Counted from the stretch's first letter, positions 53,289 to 62,714 are shown. The stretch is 64,000 nucleotides of DNA from Acidimicrobiales bacterium (GCA_030039755.1 JASHUY010000025.1:5158-69157), one strand, 5' to 3'. Numbers and translations: made by a program. Notes: a model not told the origin generated them from the letters alone.

Positions 53289-54798
53289 AGTCCCTCGACC
53301 GCTCGACGGCCCGGAGCCACGCAACGTGCGCGGCGTCGGCGACCGCCCCGTCGACGGACGGCACGCATTCAACCTCGGGTTCCCAACGTGCCTCCAGCTC
53401 TTCCACCCCTCCCCACACTCCCTCTGCCAGCCCGGCGAGCATCGCCGCACCGAGCGCCGTCGACTCGATGCAGCGGGGCCGGACGACCGGGAGCTGCAGC
53501 TGGTCGGCCTGCAGCTGGAGGAGGAGCTCCATCGCAGACGCCCCGCCGTCCGCGCGCAGCTGGCTGACCGGCGTGCCGGTCGCGTCGACCACCGCGTCGA
53601 CGATGTCGCGCACGCCGAACGCCATCGCCTCGACCACCGCGCGGGCGAGCTGCGCGCGCCCGGTGCCTCGCGTGATCCCGGTGACGACCCCGCGTGCGTG
53701 CGCGTCCCACCACGGGCTGCCGAGCCCCGCGAACGCGGGGACGACGACCACTCCGCCCGCGTCGGGAACGGACGCGGCGAGCGGCCCGACGTCCTCGGAC
53801 CTGTCGATCACGCAGAGCGCATCGCGGAGCCACTGGATCGCCGCGCCGGCGACGAACGTCGACCCCTCCAGCGCGTACGCGACATCGTCGTGGCCCGGAC
53901 GTGACTCGTGACCGCCGAGGTCCCAGCCGATGGTGGTGAGCACCCCCTCGTGCGGTGCAGGACACGACGACCCGGCGTGCACGAGGAGGAAGCTCCCCGT
54001 TCCGTAGGTGATTTTGGCCATACCGGGATCGACGCACGCCTGGCCGAAGAGGGCAGCCTGCTGGTCGCCGGCGACGCCACTGATCGGCACGCCGGTCAAC
54101 GGCCCGATCGAGCCCGGGACGTCGCCACCCTGGCCGACGGTGCCGTACCGGCCGCACGACGGCCGGACCTCCGCCAGGGCGGCATCCGGAACCCCGAACA
54201 CGGCGCACAGCTCCGGTGTCCACGCCCGCGTGCGGATGTCGAAGAGCATCGTGCGGGATGCGTTCGAGGCGTCGGTGGCGAAGACGGCGCCACCGGTCAG
54301 GCGGAAGAGCAGCCACGTGTCCACCGTTCCGAGCGCGAGGTCGGCACTCCTCTCGACGCCCCCTTCCCGGAGCATCCACTCGAACTTCGTCGCCGAGAAA
54401 TAGGGGTCGAGAACGAGGCCCGTCCGCTGGCGCACGAGTGGGAGGAGGCCCGAGTCGGCGAGCTCCTCGCAGCGCGCGGCGGTCCTCCGGTCCTGCCAGA
54501 CGACGGCGGGGTGGAGCACCCTGCCGGTGCGGCGGTCCCACGCGAGCGCGGTCTCCCTCTGGTTGGTGAGGCCGACCGCGGCGGGAGTTTCGCCCCGTTG
54601 CGCCAGCTGTGCCGCCACCTCTCCAAGGGTCCCGACGACGAGCGCCCACATCTCCTCCGGGTCCTGCTCGACCCAGCCGGGGCGCGGGAACCGTTGGGTG
54701 AGGGGGCGGTACGCCAGGGCGACGACCTCGCCCGACACGTCGAAGGCGAGCGTCCTCACGCCGGTCGTCCCGGCGTCGACGGCGAGCACAACAGCCAC
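53281..54798 (-). CDS. glpK: glycerol kinase
   Basis: Starts at GTG 54798. LAVDAGTTGVRTLAFD and FPRPGWVEQDPEEMW, together with FGGY-family motifs throughout, support the call. Confidence 0.9.
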   Translation of the reverse strand: MAVVLAVDAGTTGVRTLAFDVSGEVVALAYRPLTQRFPRPGWVEQDPEEMWALVVGTLGEVAAQLAQRGETPAAVGLTNQRETALAWDRRTGRVLHPAVVWQDRRTAARCEELADSGLLPLVRQRTGLVLDPYFSATKFEWMLREGGVERSADLALGTVDTWLLFRLTGGAVFATDASNASRTMLFDIRTRAWTPELCAVFGVPDAALAEVRPSCGRYGTVGQGGDVPGSIGPLTGVPISGVAGDQQAALFGQACVDPGMAKITYGTGSFLLVHAGSSCPAPHEGVLTTIGWDLGGHESRPGHDDVAYALEGSTFVAGAAIQWLRDALCVIDRSEDVGPLAASVPDAGGVVVVPAFAGLGSPWWDAHARGVVTGITRGTGRAQLARAVVEAMAFGVRDIVDAVVDATGTPVSQLRADGGASAMELLLQLQADQLQLPVVRPRCIESTALGAAMLAGLAEGVWGGVEELEARWEPEVECVPSVDGAVADAAHVAWLRAVERSRDWA

Positions 54799-54960
54799 GG
54801 CGGCGCAGGTTAATCAGGGCCTCCGAGGAGGGCGTGACAGCGGTGTGGGAACCTTCGCGAATCGGCGCTGACCAGGGAAGGGAAAGGGTGCTCGGCGTTG
54901 ACAACGGCGTAACTACAGTGCTGTAATAACCCCACTATCTCGCGTCCCGGAAGGGTCCGA

Positions 54961-54976
54961 CCACAACATCTTGTGG
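54961..54976. promoter_or_regulatory. NrdR-box-like 16-bp palindrome upstream of nrdJ
   Basis: ccACAAcATcTTGTgg matches the published NrdR box consensus acaCwAtATaTwGtgt at about 12 of 16 positions. It lies 138 nt upstream of ATG 55114. A half-site, CCACTAT, lies at 54932-54938. Confidence 0.4.
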
Positions 54977-55113
54977 TCCGGAGCCCCGGACGGGCCCAGC
55001 CAGGAGGCGGGACGGACATCGGTCTCCGGGGGGTTGGTGTCGGGAGTCCGGGTCGGCGTCGGGGGGCTCTGCGGCCTCGCCGTCGCCGCTTGCGGGCCGG
55101 TGGAGTTGGTGCA

Positions 55114-58100
55114 ATGAACGAGCAGCCCAGCCAGAAGAGGAGCGACGAGTCAATGGCCATCGCACCGCAGCGAGCCGCGATCGGGATCCGCCGGCAATTC
55201 ACGACCGAGGGCGTCCACCCCTACGACGAGGTCCGATGGGAGCGGCGTGACGCACGGATCACGAACTTCCGCGACGGTACGGTGGCCTTCGAGCAGCTCG
55301 GCGTCGAGGTGCCGGATTTCTGGAGCCTGAACGCCACCAACATCCTCGCCCAGAAGTACTTCCGGGGGACGCTCGGCACCCCCGAGCGGGAATGGTCGCT
55401 GAAGCAGGTCACCGACAGGGTGGTGGACACCATCACCGCGTGGGGGGTCAAGGACGGCTATTTCGTCGACCACGCGGAGGCGGAGATCTTCCGTGACGAG
55501 TTGAAGCACCTCATCATTCACCAGAAGGCCGCGTTCAACTCACCGGTCTGGTTCAACATCGGCGTGCACGGCGTTCCGCAGCAAGGCTCCGCATGCCAGC
55601 CGTACGACGCGTTGGTGAACACGCCCGAGGGCATGGTGCCGATCGGCCGTCTGGTGGAGGAGAACGCTGTCGGCGCCAAAGTGCTCGACGCGCACGGCGT
55701 GACCAGGATCGTGGCCGTCAAGCACAACGGACGGAAGGACGTTCTCCGGATCCGCACCAAGGCCGGTCACCAGCTCGACGTCACGTCGGACCACCTCGTG
55801 TGGCGCGCGAGCGACGACTCTTCGGGGCGTTTCGTACCTGCAGCCCAGCTCGAGTCGGGCGACAAGCTCACCTGGCACCGTGCCGTCTCCTTCGGGGAGG
55901 GGGAAATCAATCGGAGTGAGGTCGCAGAGGCCGCGCTCGCCGGCTGGCTGCAGGTCGATGGCTTTGTCGGACGGTACGACGGCACGAACCGTTCGCTGAC
56001 CGTCGAGGCGATGACCGTGACGAGCGCCGAGCGCGAGTGGGTGGAGTCGATGGTGGATGTCGTCTTCCCCTCGGTGCACCGCCACGAACGGCGAGTGGCT
56101 ACCCAATCCTCGAAGCTCGATCGTCGTCGTCTTCGGCTCTACGGCCCTGAACTGGAAGCCTTCGTGTCGAAGTGGGAGTTGCGAGCTCGAGGAATGGACA
56201 TGGGTGTTCCCCCTCGACTCCTTGTCGCACCACTTCCCGTTGTCGCCGCTTATCTTCGCAGTGTGTTCCAGGCGGACGGTTACGTCTCACTGAAGGAGCG
56301 GGGAGCCCTCGTCGGTCTTGACATGATCTCGGAAGGAACCGTGCGAGGCGTCCAGTCTTTGTTGGCACGCTTCGGGATCTTCTCCCGGGTTCGCTTCAAG
56401 AATGAGGTCCGCCCGGATCGCCGTGGTTGCTGGTCACTTGCCATTCGGGCGTTAGGAGACCGCCGAGCCTTCGATGATGAGATCGGATTCATCGACCCAG
56501 AGAAGGCGCAGAAGCTTGCGAAGAGCCTAGAGGTACAAGGACGCTCCCAAGGTTCTCACAAGCGGCTCGAGGTCGAGTCGATCGAGCGTCTCGGGACGAT
56601 GGATGTGTACGACATTCAAACGGAGAGCGGCGAGTACTTGAGCGGGAGCCTGCGGGTGCACAACTGCTTCATCCTTTCCGTCGAAGACTCCATGGACTCG
56701 ATACTCAACTGGTACGTGGAGGAAGGGATCATCTTCAAGGGAGGATCTGGCGCCGGTGTCAACCTTTCCCGTATCCGCTCGTCGCACGAGTTGCTGAAGG
56801 GTGGGGGCACCGCGTCGGGCCCTGTCAGCTTCATGCGGGGGGCTGACGCATCCGCCGGGACGATCAAATCCGGGGGGAAGACGAGGCGTGCGGCAAAGAT
56901 GACGATCCTCGACGCCGACCACCCGGATATCGAGAGCTTCATCTGGTGCAAAGCTCTTGAAGAACGCAAAGCGCGCGTGCTCCGTGACGCGGGATTCGAC
57001 ATGGACCTCGACGGAGCCGACATCCACTCGATCCAGTACCAGAACGCCAACAACTCGGTTCGTGTCACGGACGAATTCATGCAGGCGGTCCTTGCCGACG
57101 CCGACTGGGAGCTCACGGCGCGTACCGACGGTTCGGTCATTCGTCGGGTGAAGGCCCGGGACCTCTTCCGTCAGATCGCCCATGCGGCTTGGGAGTGCGC
57201 GGACCCCGGGATGCAGTTCGACACCACCATCAACAGGTGGCACACCGCGCCGAACACGGGACGGATCAACGGCAGCAACCCGTGCTTCCCGGGAACGGCA
57301 CGGGTGCACACCGACAAGGGCCTCATCGAGTTCTCCGAGCTGTTCGACCGCGCGAACCGCGGGGAGACGTTCCGTGTCTACACCCATGACTCGACCAATC
57401 CGACACAGCCGGCTGAGAAGGTTCTGCTTTCGAGTCCCGAGGCGTTCATGATCACCGGATACAACGAGGTGGTCCGTCTTCGGTTCGACAACGGCATGGA
57501 GCTCCGGTGCACGCCCACGCACCGCCTCTTCACCGAGAACCGTGGGTACGTCGAGGCGCGGTCGCTGACCGAGGAAGACGAGATCAAACTGCTGGACCTC
57601 CCCGCGCCCTCCGTCTCCGCGGATCCGGCGATCCCGGTCTCGGCCGACCCCGGTGCGTACGCGACGAAGGGGGACCACGGTGACCCCGTTCGACTGCCGG
57701 ACATGTGGTCCGACGAATTTGCCCACTACTTGGGCTGGCTGATCGGAGAAGGATCGACCTCGGGTTCCGTCCTCGCCACGGTTTACGGCTCCCCAGAGGA
57801 CAGAGATGAGATCATGCCGACTCACCAGCGCCTCGTCGAGTGGATCAATGGAGATCGCCCGCTGAAGGTTTCGGAGGAAGCGGACGGAACTGCTCAGCTG
57901 CGACTTTCTCGTCGCGTCGTCAAGCGGTACGTCGAAGCTCTCGGGGTCCGCTCTGCGGAGGGTCCCGGAAAGACGGTTCCTTGGGCGGTCGAGCAAGCAC
58001 CCGGTGACATCGTCGCCTCCTTCTTGCGGGGTCTCTTCGACGCCGGTGGTTGCGTCGTGGACGGGCGGAAGGCTTCGTACGTGGGCCTCGGCTCTACGTC

Positions 58101-61100
58101 GAAGGAACTCCTGCGGGGCGTGCAGCGGCTCCTGACCACGTGGGGCATCACGAGCGAGGTCCACAGCGCGAAGGGCGAGAAGCCGAGCAGCGGGCTCTCG
58201 TACGCCACGTCCGAGGGGGTGCACCGCTCGCACGGTTCGTCGGCGTCGTACGACCTCCGGATCAGCTCCGGGTCCGTCGCGGCCTTCGCCGAGCACGTCG
58301 GATTCGGCCTCTCGAGGAAGGCTGCGATGCTGCGCAGCCTGCTCGTCACGCACGAATCGTCCGAGGTTCGTCGTACGGCCCGTCTCGTGGAACGGACGGA
58401 GGACGGTGTCGAACTGACGTACAACCTCTCAGAACCGAGGAACCATTCCTACGTCGTGGACGGCATCGTCGTGCGCAACTGCAGTGAGTACATGCACCTC
58501 GACAACTCCGCGTGCAATCTCGCCAGCCTGAACCTGCTCAAATTCCTGAACGTCGACAGCTCCTTCGACGTCGAGGGCTTCAAGGCCGCAGTGGAGGTCC
58601 TCTTCACCGGGCAGGAGATCATCGTCGGGAACGCCGACTACCCCACCGAGAAGATCGCAGAGAACTCGCGCAAGTTCCGCGAGCTCGGCATCGGCTACGC
58701 AAACCTGGGTGCGCTGCTGATGGCGAATGGACTGCCCTACGACTCGGACGGGGGGCGCGCATGGGCGGGTGCCATCACCGCGCTCATGACCGGTCACGCG
58801 TACGCGACGTCGGCGAAGACCGCGAGCCGTATGGGGTCGTTCGCCGGCTTCCACGAGAACGCCGAGCCGATGGTCAACGTGCTTCGTATGCATCAGACCG
58901 AGGCGTCCAAGATCGACGAGGAGCTCGTGCCGCCCGAGCTCTTGTCCGCCGCTCAGCAGGCGTGGGACGAGGCCGTGGAGCTCGCCGAACGGCACGGCGT
59001 GCGGAACTCGCAAGCAAGCGTGTTGGCGCCGACCGGCTGCCTGGTGGGCGGCACGCTCGTGTCGACCGGCCGAGGACTCGTTCGCCTGCGCTCCCTCGGA
59101 GACCCTCAGGGGGAGCGTTGGCAGCATCTCGACGAGGTCGTGGCCACCGATGAGGGCACGCGGCGGGCGACGAAGTTCTTCGTGAACGGCGTCGAGCCTG
59201 TCGTGACCGTCGAGACCGACAGCGGACACCGCGTCCAGGGCACGACCACGCACCGCGTCAAAGTCGTCGACGCCGAGACCGGCCGGTGGGTGTGGCGCCG
59301 GTTCGCGGACGTCCGTGAAGGAGACGTCGTGCCGATTTCGCTCGGCTCGATGGTCGGAGGTCCCCGGCGGGTGGCGCTGGCTCCGCTCGCTGACGCTTAC
59401 CGGACGGGTGAGCACCACGTCCGGGCACCCGCGGAGATGACCCCCGATCTCGCCGAGCTGATCGGGTACTTCATGGGCGACGGCTCCCTCCACAGCGGCG
59501 GGCTGCGCCTCTGCGTTGCGAGCGGCGACTTCGACGTGGTGGAGCGACTCTCGTACCTGGTGAAGGAGTGCTTCGGAGCGACGCTCGTGGTGGTCGAGCG
59601 ACGCGGGCGCACCGAGGCACGCCTCGACTCGGTCCGGGTTGCGCGGTGGTGGGATTCGTGCGGCTTCTCGAAGCACGCGCCGCCCACGGAGCACGCGGCG
59701 CACGCGGGCAGAGGCTACGTGGCGCACGTCCCCGATGCGGTGCTGCACTCGAACGACCCGGAGGTCTACGCCGCATTCGTGCGAGGGATCTTCGAGGCCG
59801 GCGGCGACACCCCGGCGGGCTGCCCGACGCTGAGGAGCACCTCCGTCGAGATGGTCCGGGACCTGCAAGCGGTTCTCCTCGCGATGGGCTTCCCCACGAC
59901 CTTGTCCGTGAGGGAGCGCACCGGGACGAACGGTCGGGGGGACGCGCCGCTGGCGTCGCTGGGTCTCTTGAACCTCTCGTGCAACGGAGAGTGGACCGCC
60001 CGCATCGGCTTCATGGGCGGGAGGAAGAACGCCGGTGTGCCGGTGACCGATCCTTCGGTCGCGCAGACGGCGCGGCCTGACGACGTTCCGGTCCCGAGGG
60101 AGATGATCGACCGTCTCGCGCCGGCGGACGGCCGTCTACGCCGCGTGCTCCTCATGGAGCACGCCCCCGGCCGGGTGACCCGTCGTGTCGCGACGGAACT
60201 GTTCGAGCGCACGGGCGACCCGGAGCTCGGCCGCCTGCTCTCGTTCTTCTACGACGGTGTCAAGTCGGCCGTGCTCAGCGGCGAGGAGCTGACCTACGAC
60301 ATCTCCGTGCCCGAAAACGTCACGTATGTCGCGAACGGATTCGTGAGCCACAACACGATCGGTCTCTTGATGGACTGTGACACCACCGGTGTGGAGCCGG
60401 ATCTCGGCCTGGTGAAGACGAAGAAGCTCGTCGGCGGCGGCACGATGTCGATCGTCAACCAGACCGTGCCACGGGCGCTCCGCCAGCTCGGGTACGCCCA
60501 GGACCAGGTCGACCAGATCGTCGCGTACATCGACGAGCACAAGACGATCGTCGGCGCGCCGTATCTCGTCGCCGAGCACCTTCCGGTGTTCGCATGCTCG
60601 ATGGGGGACAACACGATCCACTATTCGGGTCATGTCCGGATGATGGGTTCCGTACAGCCTTTCATCAGCGGTGCAATTAGCAAAACCGTGAACATGCCCG
60701 AAGACGTGACGGTCGAAGACGTCGAGCAGTTGCACGTCGACGCCTGGCGGTTGGGAATCAAGGCAGTCGCCATCTATCGCGACAACTGCAAGGTTGCTCA
60801 GCCCCTTTCGACCACCAAGAAGGAAGAGAAGCTCGTCGAGGGGGGTGACACGGCCCCACCCGGATCCGACTCGGAGGCGAAGGACCGCGAGATCGCGGCA
60901 CGCATCGCCGAGCTGGAGAGAGCGCTCGAGAACGAGCGGGAACGCACGGTGGAGCCCGTGCTCGTCGGTGCCGTCCGTGAGCGTCTGCCGAGGCGCCGGA
61001 GCTCGCACACCTTCGCCTTCCGGGTCGCCGACTGCGAGGGCTACGTCACGGTCGGCGAGTACGAGGACGGACGTCCGGGCGAGGTCTTCATCAAGGTGTC

Positions 61101-61629
61101 GAAGCAGGGGTCGACCCTGGCAGGCATCATGGACGCCTTCTCGATCTCCATCAGCCTCGGGTTGCAGCACGGCGTGCCCCTGGCAACCTACGTACGCAAG
61201 TACTCGAACATGAAGTTCGAACCGGCGGGGATCACCGACGATGCCGAGTTGCGGATCGCGTCGAGCCTGGTGGACTACATCTTCCGGCGACTTGCGCTCG
61301 ACTACCTCCCGTACGAGGAGCGGCTCGACCTCGGGGTGCTGTCGACCTCCGAGCGCATTCAGCCGACGCTTCCAGGGGTGGAGGAGAGCGCGACGCCGTC
61401 GGTAGGGCTCGTCGACGAGCCGCCGGACCTGGAGACGGGAATGACCACCGTGTCGGTAGGGGCGTCTCCCAAGCCTGCGCCGCGCACGTCGGCGGGTGAC
61501 GCAGCGGCCAACCTCGCTCGGGCGGAGCAGCGTGACGCACCGTTCTGCTACAACTGCGGCGACCTCATGCAGCGAGCGGGGTCGTGTTACGTCTGCACCA
61601 GCTGCGGCTCGACGAGCGGCTGCTCCTGA
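55114..61629 (+). CDS. nrdJ: adenosylcobalamin-dependent (class II) ribonucleoside-diphosphate reductase precursor containing three inteins
   Basis: ATG 55114 lies in ORF 54973..61629. Extein motifs are NILAQKYFRG, NSPVWFNIG, GGSGAGVNLSRIR, NGSNPC|SEYMHLDNSACNLASLNL, VLAPTG|TIGLLMDCDTTGVEP and AISKTVNMP, plus a C-terminal CxxC...CxxC Zn ribbon. Removing 1195 intein residues leaves about 976 aa. Confidence 0.9.
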   Translation: MNEQPSQKRSDESMAIAPQRAAIGIRRQFTTEGVHPYDEVRWERRDARITNFRDGTVAFEQLGVEVPDFWSLNATNILAQKYFRGTLGTPEREWSLKQVTDRVVDTITAWGVKDGYFVDHAEAEIFRDELKHLIIHQKAAFNSPVWFNIGVHGVPQQGSACQPYDALVNTPEGMVPIGRLVEENAVGAKVLDAHGVTRIVAVKHNGRKDVLRIRTKAGHQLDVTSDHLVWRASDDSSGRFVPAAQLESGDKLTWHRAVSFGEGEINRSEVAEAALAGWLQVDGFVGRYDGTNRSLTVEAMTVTSAEREWVESMVDVVFPSVHRHERRVATQSSKLDRRRLRLYGPELEAFVSKWELRARGMDMGVPPRLLVAPLPVVAAYLRSVFQADGYVSLKERGALVGLDMISEGTVRGVQSLLARFGIFSRVRFKNEVRPDRRGCWSLAIRALGDRRAFDDEIGFIDPEKAQKLAKSLEVQGRSQGSHKRLEVESIERLGTMDVYDIQTESGEYLSGSLRVHNCFILSVEDSMDSILNWYVEEGIIFKGGSGAGVNLSRIRSSHELLKGGGTASGPVSFMRGADASAGTIKSGGKTRRAAKMTILDADHPDIESFIWCKALEERKARVLRDAGFDMDLDGADIHSIQYQNANNSVRVTDEFMQAVLADADWELTARTDGSVIRRVKARDLFRQIAHAAWECADPGMQFDTTINRWHTAPNTGRINGSNPCFPGTARVHTDKGLIEFSELFDRANRGETFRVYTHDSTNPTQPAEKVLLSSPEAFMITGYNEVVRLRFDNGMELRCTPTHRLFTENRGYVEARSLTEEDEIKLLDLPAPSVSADPAIPVSADPGAYATKGDHGDPVRLPDMWSDEFAHYLGWLIGEGSTSGSVLATVYGSPEDRDEIMPTHQRLVEWINGDRPLKVSEEADGTAQLRLSRRVVKRYVEALGVRSAEGPGKTVPWAVEQAPGDIVASFLRGLFDAGGCVVDGRKASYVGLGSTSKELLRGVQRLLTTWGITSEVHSAKGEKPSSGLSYATSEGVHRSHGSSASYDLRISSGSVAAFAEHVGFGLSRKAAMLRSLLVTHESSEVRRTARLVERTEDGVELTYNLSEPRNHSYVVDGIVVRNCSEYMHLDNSACNLASLNLLKFLNVDSSFDVEGFKAAVEVLFTGQEIIVGNADYPTEKIAENSRKFRELGIGYANLGALLMANGLPYDSDGGRAWAGAITALMTGHAYATSAKTASRMGSFAGFHENAEPMVNVLRMHQTEASKIDEELVPPELLSAAQQAWDEAVELAERHGVRNSQASVLAPTGCLVGGTLVSTGRGLVRLRSLGDPQGERWQHLDEVVATDEGTRRATKFFVNGVEPVVTVETDSGHRVQGTTTHRVKVVDAETGRWVWRRFADVREGDVVPISLGSMVGGPRRVALAPLADAYRTGEHHVRAPAEMTPDLAELIGYFMGDGSLHSGGLRLCVASGDFDVVERLSYLVKECFGATLVVVERRGRTEARLDSVRVARWWDSCGFSKHAPPTEHAAHAGRGYVAHVPDAVLHSNDPEVYAAFVRGIFEAGGDTPAGCPTLRSTSVEMVRDLQAVLLAMGFPTTLSVRERTGTNGRGDAPLASLGLLNLSCNGEWTARIGFMGGRKNAGVPVTDPSVAQTARPDDVPVPREMIDRLAPADGRLRRVLLMEHAPGRVTRRVATELFERTGDPELGRLLSFFYDGVKSAVLSGEELTYDISVPENVTYVANGFVSHNTIGLLMDCDTTGVEPDLGLVKTKKLVGGGTMSIVNQTVPRALRQLGYAQDQVDQIVAYIDEHKTIVGAPYLVAEHLPVFACSMGDNTIHYSGHVRMMGSVQPFISGAISKTVNMPEDVTVEDVEQLHVDAWRLGIKAVAIYRDNCKVAQPLSTTKKEEKLVEGGDTAPPGSDSEAKDREIAARIAELERALENERERTVEPVLVGAVRERLPRRRSSHTFAFRVADCEGYVTVGEYEDGRPGEVFIKVSKQGSTLAGIMDAFSISISLGLQHGVPLATYVRKYSNMKFEPAGITDDAELRIASSLVDYIFRRLALDYLPYEERLDLGVLSTSERIQPTLPGVEESATPSVGLVDEPPDLETGMTTVSVGASPKPAPRTSAGDAAANLARAEQRDAPFCYNCGDLMQRAGSCYVCTSCGSTSGCS
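55594..56664 (+). mobile_element. intein 1 (357 aa, LAGLIDADG homing endonuclease type; +1 Cys)
   Basis: Starts with CQPYDALVNTPEGMVPIGRL (block A). Block B is LDVTSDH. The LAGLIDADG motifs are LAGWLQVDGFVG and LRSVFQADGYV. It ends ...SLRVHN|C and is inserted in GSA|CFILSVED. Confidence 0.85.
57283..58479 (+). mobile_element. intein 2 (399 aa, LAGLIDADG type; ends Arg-Asn; +1 Cys)
   Basis: Starts with CFPGTARVHTDKGLIEF. Block B is LRCTPTH. The LAGLIDADG motifs are YLGWLIGEGSTS and FLRGLFDAGGCV. It ends ...DGIVVRN|C and is inserted in NGSNP|CSEYMH. Confidence 0.85.
59038..60354 (+). mobile_element. intein 3 (439 aa, LAGLIDADG type; +1 Thr)
   Basis: Starts with CLVGGTLVSTGRGLVRL. Block B is VQGTTTH. 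The LAGLIDADG motifs are LIGYFMGDGSLH and FVRGIFEAGGDT. It ends ...NGFVSHN|T and is inserted in LAPTG|TIGLLMD. Confidence 0.85.
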
Positions 61630-61730
61630 CGCGCGAAATCGCGGACGATGACATGGGCGCGGATGTGGCACTCCTCGGTGATAGGTACGCAGGCTCTGAT
61701 TGCTCCAGTCCTGTGCACCGTGTCTTCGAA

Positions 61731-62276
61731 TCAGCGAACTGGCCGCATCCTCCAGCGAACCTTCTGAGCCATTTTGGCAAACCACTCGGGATCCATCATC
61801 TGGATGTGTTCGTCGAGGAGGAAAGGGCTCGCTTGCGGGTGAAGCCGCTTCGCGCGCAACACCGCCGGCTCGTTGGTCACAAGCACGCGAGGCTGAGACA
61901 ACTCTTTGGAGCAGACGGCCCGCAGTGCGGTGGCAGCGGTCCGGCTGAAGCGTTCGGGCACCTCCACATCGTTCTCTGGAGTGACCAACCCTCCTCCCGC
62001 ACGAGCGGCCAGCTCCCCCAGGGAGTCAATGGCGGCCTCGGCCTCCTCGTAACCCCACGCCAAGGTAGATCCCGTTAAGGCGGTCACGACCTCTTCGACA
62101 AGCTCCTCCGAGACGTTCAGCGTGAAACAGTCGTCTGGATAGGCAAATACACCTATTGCGTCCGCATGATGGCGACCGGAGAGAGGAGGTACCGCCGGGA
62201 AGGTGAGCGGCGCGGGTCCCACCTCCGAGAGGGCGGCAACCAAGACCGGCGCTTGGAGCACGACCTCGATGGGCAC
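61731..62276 (-). CDS. hypothetical protein (181 aa), downstream partner of the RHH gene
   Basis: GTG 62276 lies 6 nt after the RHH gene stop. Composition is balanced (…FAYPDDCFTLNVSEELVEEVVTAL…VLVTNEPAVLRAKRLHPQASPFLLDEHIQMMDPEWF…). No family recognised. Confidence 0.55.
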   Translation of the reverse strand: MPIEVVLQAPVLVAALSEVGPAPLTFPAVPPLSGRHHADAIGVFAYPDDCFTLNVSEELVEEVVTALTGSTLAWGYEEAEAAIDSLGELAARAGGGLVTPENDVEVPERFSRTAATALRAVCSKELSQPRVLVTNEPAVLRAKRLHPQASPFLLDEHIQMMDPEWFAKMAQKVRWRMRPVR

Positions 62277-62282
62277 CGGGAG

Positions 62283-62678
62283 TCAGTCCTTCGGCTCCGT
62301 CTCGGCAAGTGCGTCGGCAAATGCCTGCCGTAGTTTGTCGGGCTCTTCTGCCGCTGAACGCACGGGGACTCTCCAGCTCCTCGAAAGCCCCGCGACAACG
62401 AGTCTGGCCTGAGCGATCGCCGTAGCGTCGTGGCTGTCCAGTGCTTTGTCCACGACGTCAGGGATGTCGTCGACGGTGAAGCCGGACTCAACGAGCCGCT
62501 CCGCCCCGTACGCCTGTAGGCGACCGATGCGCTGCACAAGTTCGAGGTGTTCCATCACGTCCATTGCCGCTCGGAGGAACGCGCTGCGATTGCCGCCGCC
62601 GAAAGTATCGGCCAGGTGGTCGAGCCTGGCCCTGTCCCGCTCTTCGACAGAGAATCCAATCGTCGTCGCAGTTCTCAT
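62283..62678 (-). CDS. ribbon-helix-helix (CopG/MetJ-type) antitoxin-like protein
   Basis: MRTATTIGFSVEERDRARLDHLADTFGGGNRSAFLRAAMDVME fits the RHH pattern of a beta-strand followed by two helices. The start was placed at ATG 62678 because of the promoter geometry described for 62686..62714. Confidence 0.65.
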   Translation of the reverse strand: MRTATTIGFSVEERDRARLDHLADTFGGGNRSAFLRAAMDVMEHLELVQRIGRLQAYGAERLVESGFTVDDIPDVVDKALDSHDATAIAQARLVVAGLSRSWRVPVRSAAEEPDKLRQAFADALAETEPKD

Positions 62679-62685
62679 GGCTATC

Positions 62686-62714
62686 ATTGTACCAAGGTTG
62701 TCTACCGTAGGCAA
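62686..62714 (-). promoter_or_regulatory. sigma-70/SigA-type promoter giving a leaderless RHH transcript
   Basis: The minus strand reads TTGCCT (62714-62709), a 17-nt spacer, then TACAAT (62691-62686). ATG 62678 begins 7 nt after the -10 box. Confidence 0.45.

Noticed and set aside
54799-55113. A cobalamin riboswitch or other riboswitch in the nrdJ leader.
   Set aside because: I could not find the B12-box or other conserved riboswitch cores by eye. B12 riboswitches normally repress B12-independent isozymes rather than nrdJ. An Rfam scan would settle it.
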